Assembly: GCA_965223705.1 (NCBI GenBank)
Contig: OZ245015.1
Coordinates: forward strand, 1,568,001 to 1,632,000
Origin: Myxococcota bacterium
GTDB taxonomy: Bacteria; Myxococcota_A; UBA9160; UBA6930
Reading direction: 5' to 3'
Length of the DNA stretch: 64,000 nucleotides
Numbering within the stretch: position 1 is the stretch's first letter; the number at the start of each line of letters is the position of its first letter. Made by a program: the position numbers and the translations under genes. Shown in pieces: positions 60,934 to 64,000 of this stretch. The notes under the pieces were generated by a model. The model ran no database searches. It was given only the letters and a program-made list of their open reading frames with translations, and was not told the origin of the DNA.

Positions 60934-61116
60934 CTTCCGACGTTAGCTCGGCGGCCGTGGAGACCAGTAAAACCGTGTTAAATTAGCGGCTTACGGATAT
61001 CTTCGGGGCGGTCCCCCCGGGCCTTGCGCGGGCTCTCGGCCATGACGATATTGCCTTCCAGGACCCCCTCGCTGTGAATCGCCGGTCGAGGAGCGCCCGG
61101 TGCGAGGTGGAACGAC

Positions 61117-62484
61117 ATGGACGCCAAGCGCTTTGTGGTAATGGGGGCCGGGGAGGTCGGCCAGTATCTGGCGCGCGATCTCTCGGCCGATGGCCACGAA
61201 GTCACTCTCATCGACAGCGACGTAGCGACGCTCCGATCCGTGGAAGATCGGCTCGACGTCAACCTCGTACCGGGAAACGGCAGTCACGTGCCGACGCTCG
61301 AGGCCGCGGGAGTCGCGGGTTGTGACTTGTTCGTCGCTTCGAGTTCATCCGACGAGGCGAACCTCGCAGCTTCGCTGCTCGCGAAATCACTCGGGGCGGC
61401 GCGCACGGTGGTACGACTCAACACGTCCGAGGACGTCACGCATTTTGGTCAAGTCTACGAGAAAGCCTTCGCCGCCGATCTGCTGCTCTCGACCCAGCTC
61501 CTGACAACGACCCGCGTTCTCAACCAGGTACTCGGCTACAACACCCTCGAAGTCGAATACTTGGCGCGCGGCGAGTTGCAGGTGCGGCGCACCGCCGTCG
61601 AAGAGGGCTCGGTTCTCGCCGACCGAAAGCTTCGCGACACGAATCTGCCGAAGGGCTGTCTCGTGCTTGCCTTTGTTTCCGGAGACCGCGTGGTCGTCCC
61701 CTCCGGAACCGACCGCGCCCAGGTCGGGGACGACGCGTTGGCGATCGGCATGCCGGACGCGATCGCCGAGTTCGAACGCCGGGTGAGCCGTCACTCTCGG
61801 CGGTTGGGTTACGTCGTCGTCGCCGGAGGCGGCACCACCGCCCAGGCCGTCGTCGAGGGCATCGCGGGGCAGGCGCAGCGCATCAAAATCATCGAGTCGA
61901 ATCGCAGTCACGCCGAAGAGCTGGCGGTTCGTTTTCCGAAGCACGAAATCGTCCACGGCGACGCGACGGACCTGTCGCTTCTCAAATCGGAAGGCGTGGA
62001 GGGCGCGTCGACGTTTATCGCTCTCACCGGCCACGACGAAGCGAACCTGATGGCCTGCTTACTGGCACAAGAGCTCGGCGTCGCGAAGCGCGTGGCGCTC
62101 GTTCAGAAGAGTGAGACTTCGAACTTGTGGCACAAAGTGGCGCTTCTCGACGTAGTGTCACCCCGCGCCATCGCCGCCGAACGCATCCACAGCTACATCG
62201 ACAGCGACTACGAACCGCACATCATCTCGTTTCAGAACGGCGCGGCGGAGTTCGTGCAGCGCACGGTCTACCCCGAAAGCGCGGCGGCTCAGGGTTCCCT
62301 CGACGACGTCGAAATACCCCAGGGTTTGATCGTCGCCGCGATCATTCGCGACGGGCGCGCGCTGATCCCCGGCGGCGGTGATCGATTGAACGTCGGCGAC
62401 GAAGTCATTCTGTTCGTGCGACGCGAAGAACTCGACCTCGTGAACCTGATCTTTCCCGGACGGAGCGGCGAGGAGCGAGGGTGA
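61117..62484 (+). CDS. trkA: Trk potassium uptake system NAD-binding subunit
   Basis: Two RCK domains (GAGEVG; AGGG), DE.N motifs; upstream of trkH. Confidence 0.92.
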   Translation: MDAKRFVVMGAGEVGQYLARDLSADGHEVTLIDSDVATLRSVEDRLDVNLVPGNGSHVPTLEAAGVAGCDLFVASSSSDEANLAASLLAKSLGAARTVVRLNTSEDVTHFGQVYEKAFAADLLLSTQLLTTTRVLNQVLGYNTLEVEYLARGELQVRRTAVEEGSVLADRKLRDTNLPKGCLVLAFVSGDRVVVPSGTDRAQVGDDALAIGMPDAIAEFERRVSRHSRRLGYVVVAGGGTTAQAVVEGIAGQAQRIKIIESNRSHAEELAVRFPKHEIVHGDATDLSLLKSEGVEGASTFIALTGHDEANLMACLLAQELGVAKRVALVQKSETSNLWHKVALLDVVSPRAIAAERIHSYIDSDYEPHIISFQNGAAEFVQRTVYPESAAAQGSLDDVEIPQGLIVAAIIRDGRALIPGGGDRLNVGDEVILFVRREELDLVNLIFPGRSGEERG

Positions 62485-63932
62485 ACCACCGCCGTGTGGT
62501 TTCGCTGCTAGGGCTCGTGCTGTTCGCCCTGGCCGGCGCACAACTGGTACCCCTCCTTTGGTGCATCGCACCGGCGGACCCCGACGCTGCGCGGGGGTTT
62601 GCCCTCTCGGCTCTCGCAACCGCTGCCCTCGGCTCCGCCTTCCGCTACTTCGGGAACCAAGAAGGGGAGCTATACCGCCGCGAGGGTGTTCTTCTCGTCG
62701 CGAGTTCTTGGCTACTGGCTTCACTGACCGGCGCGCTGCCCTACCTCATCGGCGGGGCGATCGACGGCACAGCCGACGCACTCTTCGAGGCGACGTCCGG
62801 TTTCACGACGACCGGGGCGTCAATCTTGGCCGACATCGAGGCGCTGTCTCCGTCGATGCTCTTTTGGCGAAGCATGACCCAGTGGCTCGGCGGGATCGGG
62901 ATCGTCGTCCTGTTCGTCGCGCTGTTGGCGGAGATCGGAGCCGGTGCGCGTTTCCTGTTCGCATTGGAAGTGCCGGGTCCGCAGACCGAGATTATGCAGC
63001 CTCGCGTCAAGCAAACGGCCCTGGCGCTGTTTCGGATCTACCTGGGCTTGAGCGCGGCGCAGGTCCTCGCGATGCTGGCCTGCGGAGCGTCCTTCTACGA
63101 CGCCGTGGTTCACACCTTCTCGACTATCGCGACCGGCGGTTTCTCGCCGTATCAGAATTCCGTGGGACACTTGTCGCCGCTCCTCCAAAGCGTGGTCCTC
63201 GTCTTCATGCTGGTTTCGGGTATGAACTTCGCCATTCACTACGCTCTGGTTCGTCAGCGGAGCTTCCGACCCCTTCGCGACACGGAAATCGGTGTGTACG
63301 GCCTGCTCGTCGTCGTCGGCGTCGTCGCCGTGGCGTGGAACCTTTCGCATTTCGGGCTTGCCGAAGACGAGAGCACGGGGAGCCTGTTGCTCGGCGCATC
63401 CTTCCAGGTGGTGTCGATCCTCACGGGTACGGGCTTCGCCACGCGAGATTTCGGCGCGTGGCCCGCACTCTCGCAACTGCTCCTTGTGGCTTTCATGTTC
63501 GTCGGTGGCTGCGCGGGCTCGACCACCGGCGGAGTGAAAATCATCCGTGTCCTGGTGGGGGTCCGTGCGGCCCTCCGTGAGGTCCGCCTGGTCTTTAGCC
63601 CGAACTCCGTCATCGCGGTTACGGTCGGCGCCCGTCGCATTCCGGAGGGATCGGTGAGTGGTGCAGTCGCACTGCTGGTGTTGTGGGTGCTCGGTTGGGG
63701 TGTGGGAGCCGTTCTTCTGGCGATCGGAGACGTGTCCCTGGCGACGGCGGCCACGGCGTCGCTCGCGACGTTGTCGAATGTCGGGCCGGGCCTCGGTGGA
63801 GTCGGGCCGATGTACCACTACACGTATTTTGCCGACTGGCAAAAGCTCGTGATGGCATTCCTGATGTTGCTCGGTCGCCTTGAGTTCTTCGCGCTGATCG
63901 CGCTCTCCCTCGCGCCGTTCTGGCGGCGCTAA
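62481..63932 (+). CDS. trkH: Trk potassium uptake membrane subunit
   Basis: FE..SGFTTTGAS, QWLGG.G, ATGGFS, GG.AGST.GG.K, NVGPG, GRLE. Confidence 0.95.
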   Translation: MNHRRVVSLLGLVLFALAGAQLVPLLWCIAPADPDAARGFALSALATAALGSAFRYFGNQEGELYRREGVLLVASSWLLASLTGALPYLIGGAIDGTADALFEATSGFTTTGASILADIEALSPSMLFWRSMTQWLGGIGIVVLFVALLAEIGAGARFLFALEVPGPQTEIMQPRVKQTALALFRIYLGLSAAQVLAMLACGASFYDAVVHTFSTIATGGFSPYQNSVGHLSPLLQSVVLVFMLVSGMNFAIHYALVRQRSFRPLRDTEIGVYGLLVVVGVVAVAWNLSHFGLAEDESTGSLLLGASFQVVSILTGTGFATRDFGAWPALSQLLLVAFMFVGGCAGSTTGGVKIIRVLVGVRAALREVRLVFSPNSVIAVTVGARRIPEGSVSGAVALLVLWVLGWGVGAVLLAIGDVSLATAATASLATLSNVGPGLGGVGPMYHYTYFADWQKLVMAFLMLLGRLEFFALIALSLAPFWRR

Positions 63933-64000
63933 CGACCGACCAACGCCTCGACCTCGGCGACGACTTCCCGCGCGCTCGCGAGAACGCGATGCGCGACCGA

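Overview
High-GC bacterial chromosome segment. The gene order tRNA-Lys ... tRNA-Leu ... tig-clpP-clpX-lon-tRNA-Val looks Deltaproteobacteria/Myxococcota-like (inference). Accessory blocks follow each of the three tRNAs. (1) Between tRNA-Lys and tRNA-Leu (1.7-13.0 kb) is a divergent cluster. An OlsB-like GNAT N-acyltransferase and an OlsA/PlsC-like acyltransferase bracket an alpha/beta-hydrolase + DedA/VTT + ATP-grasp triple fusion, a Cys/His-motif protein, a ferric-reductase-membrane + Rieske fusion and two small membrane proteins. These are followed by a Rieske-fused FMN glutamate-synthase-like protein and a Rieske-fused TPP enzyme. This is the best candidate for an undescribed system (aminolipid tailoring plus redox module). 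(2) After tRNA-Leu: a lower-GC patch, an orphan benA-like dioxygenase alpha subunit, a cupin plus an AhpD/CMD gene read as a CxxU selenoprotein (in-frame TGA followed by a SECIS-like hairpin), gcdH, a radical SAM + DUF547 pair and a GGDEF-EAL gene. (3) After tRNA-Val: a MauG-like di-heme protein + cupredoxin and a chemotaxis operon with sigma28-like promoters. The remainder holds a MerR/SoxR-like regulator with a 19-bp-spacer promoter, an MBOAT+SGNH pair, catabolic genes (LLM enzymes, CoA transferase, deacylase, hydantoinase A/B), a PDZ-less S41 protease and trkAH. No CRISPR array, integrase or transposase was seen. All calls are from motif recognition by eye; no database searches were run.
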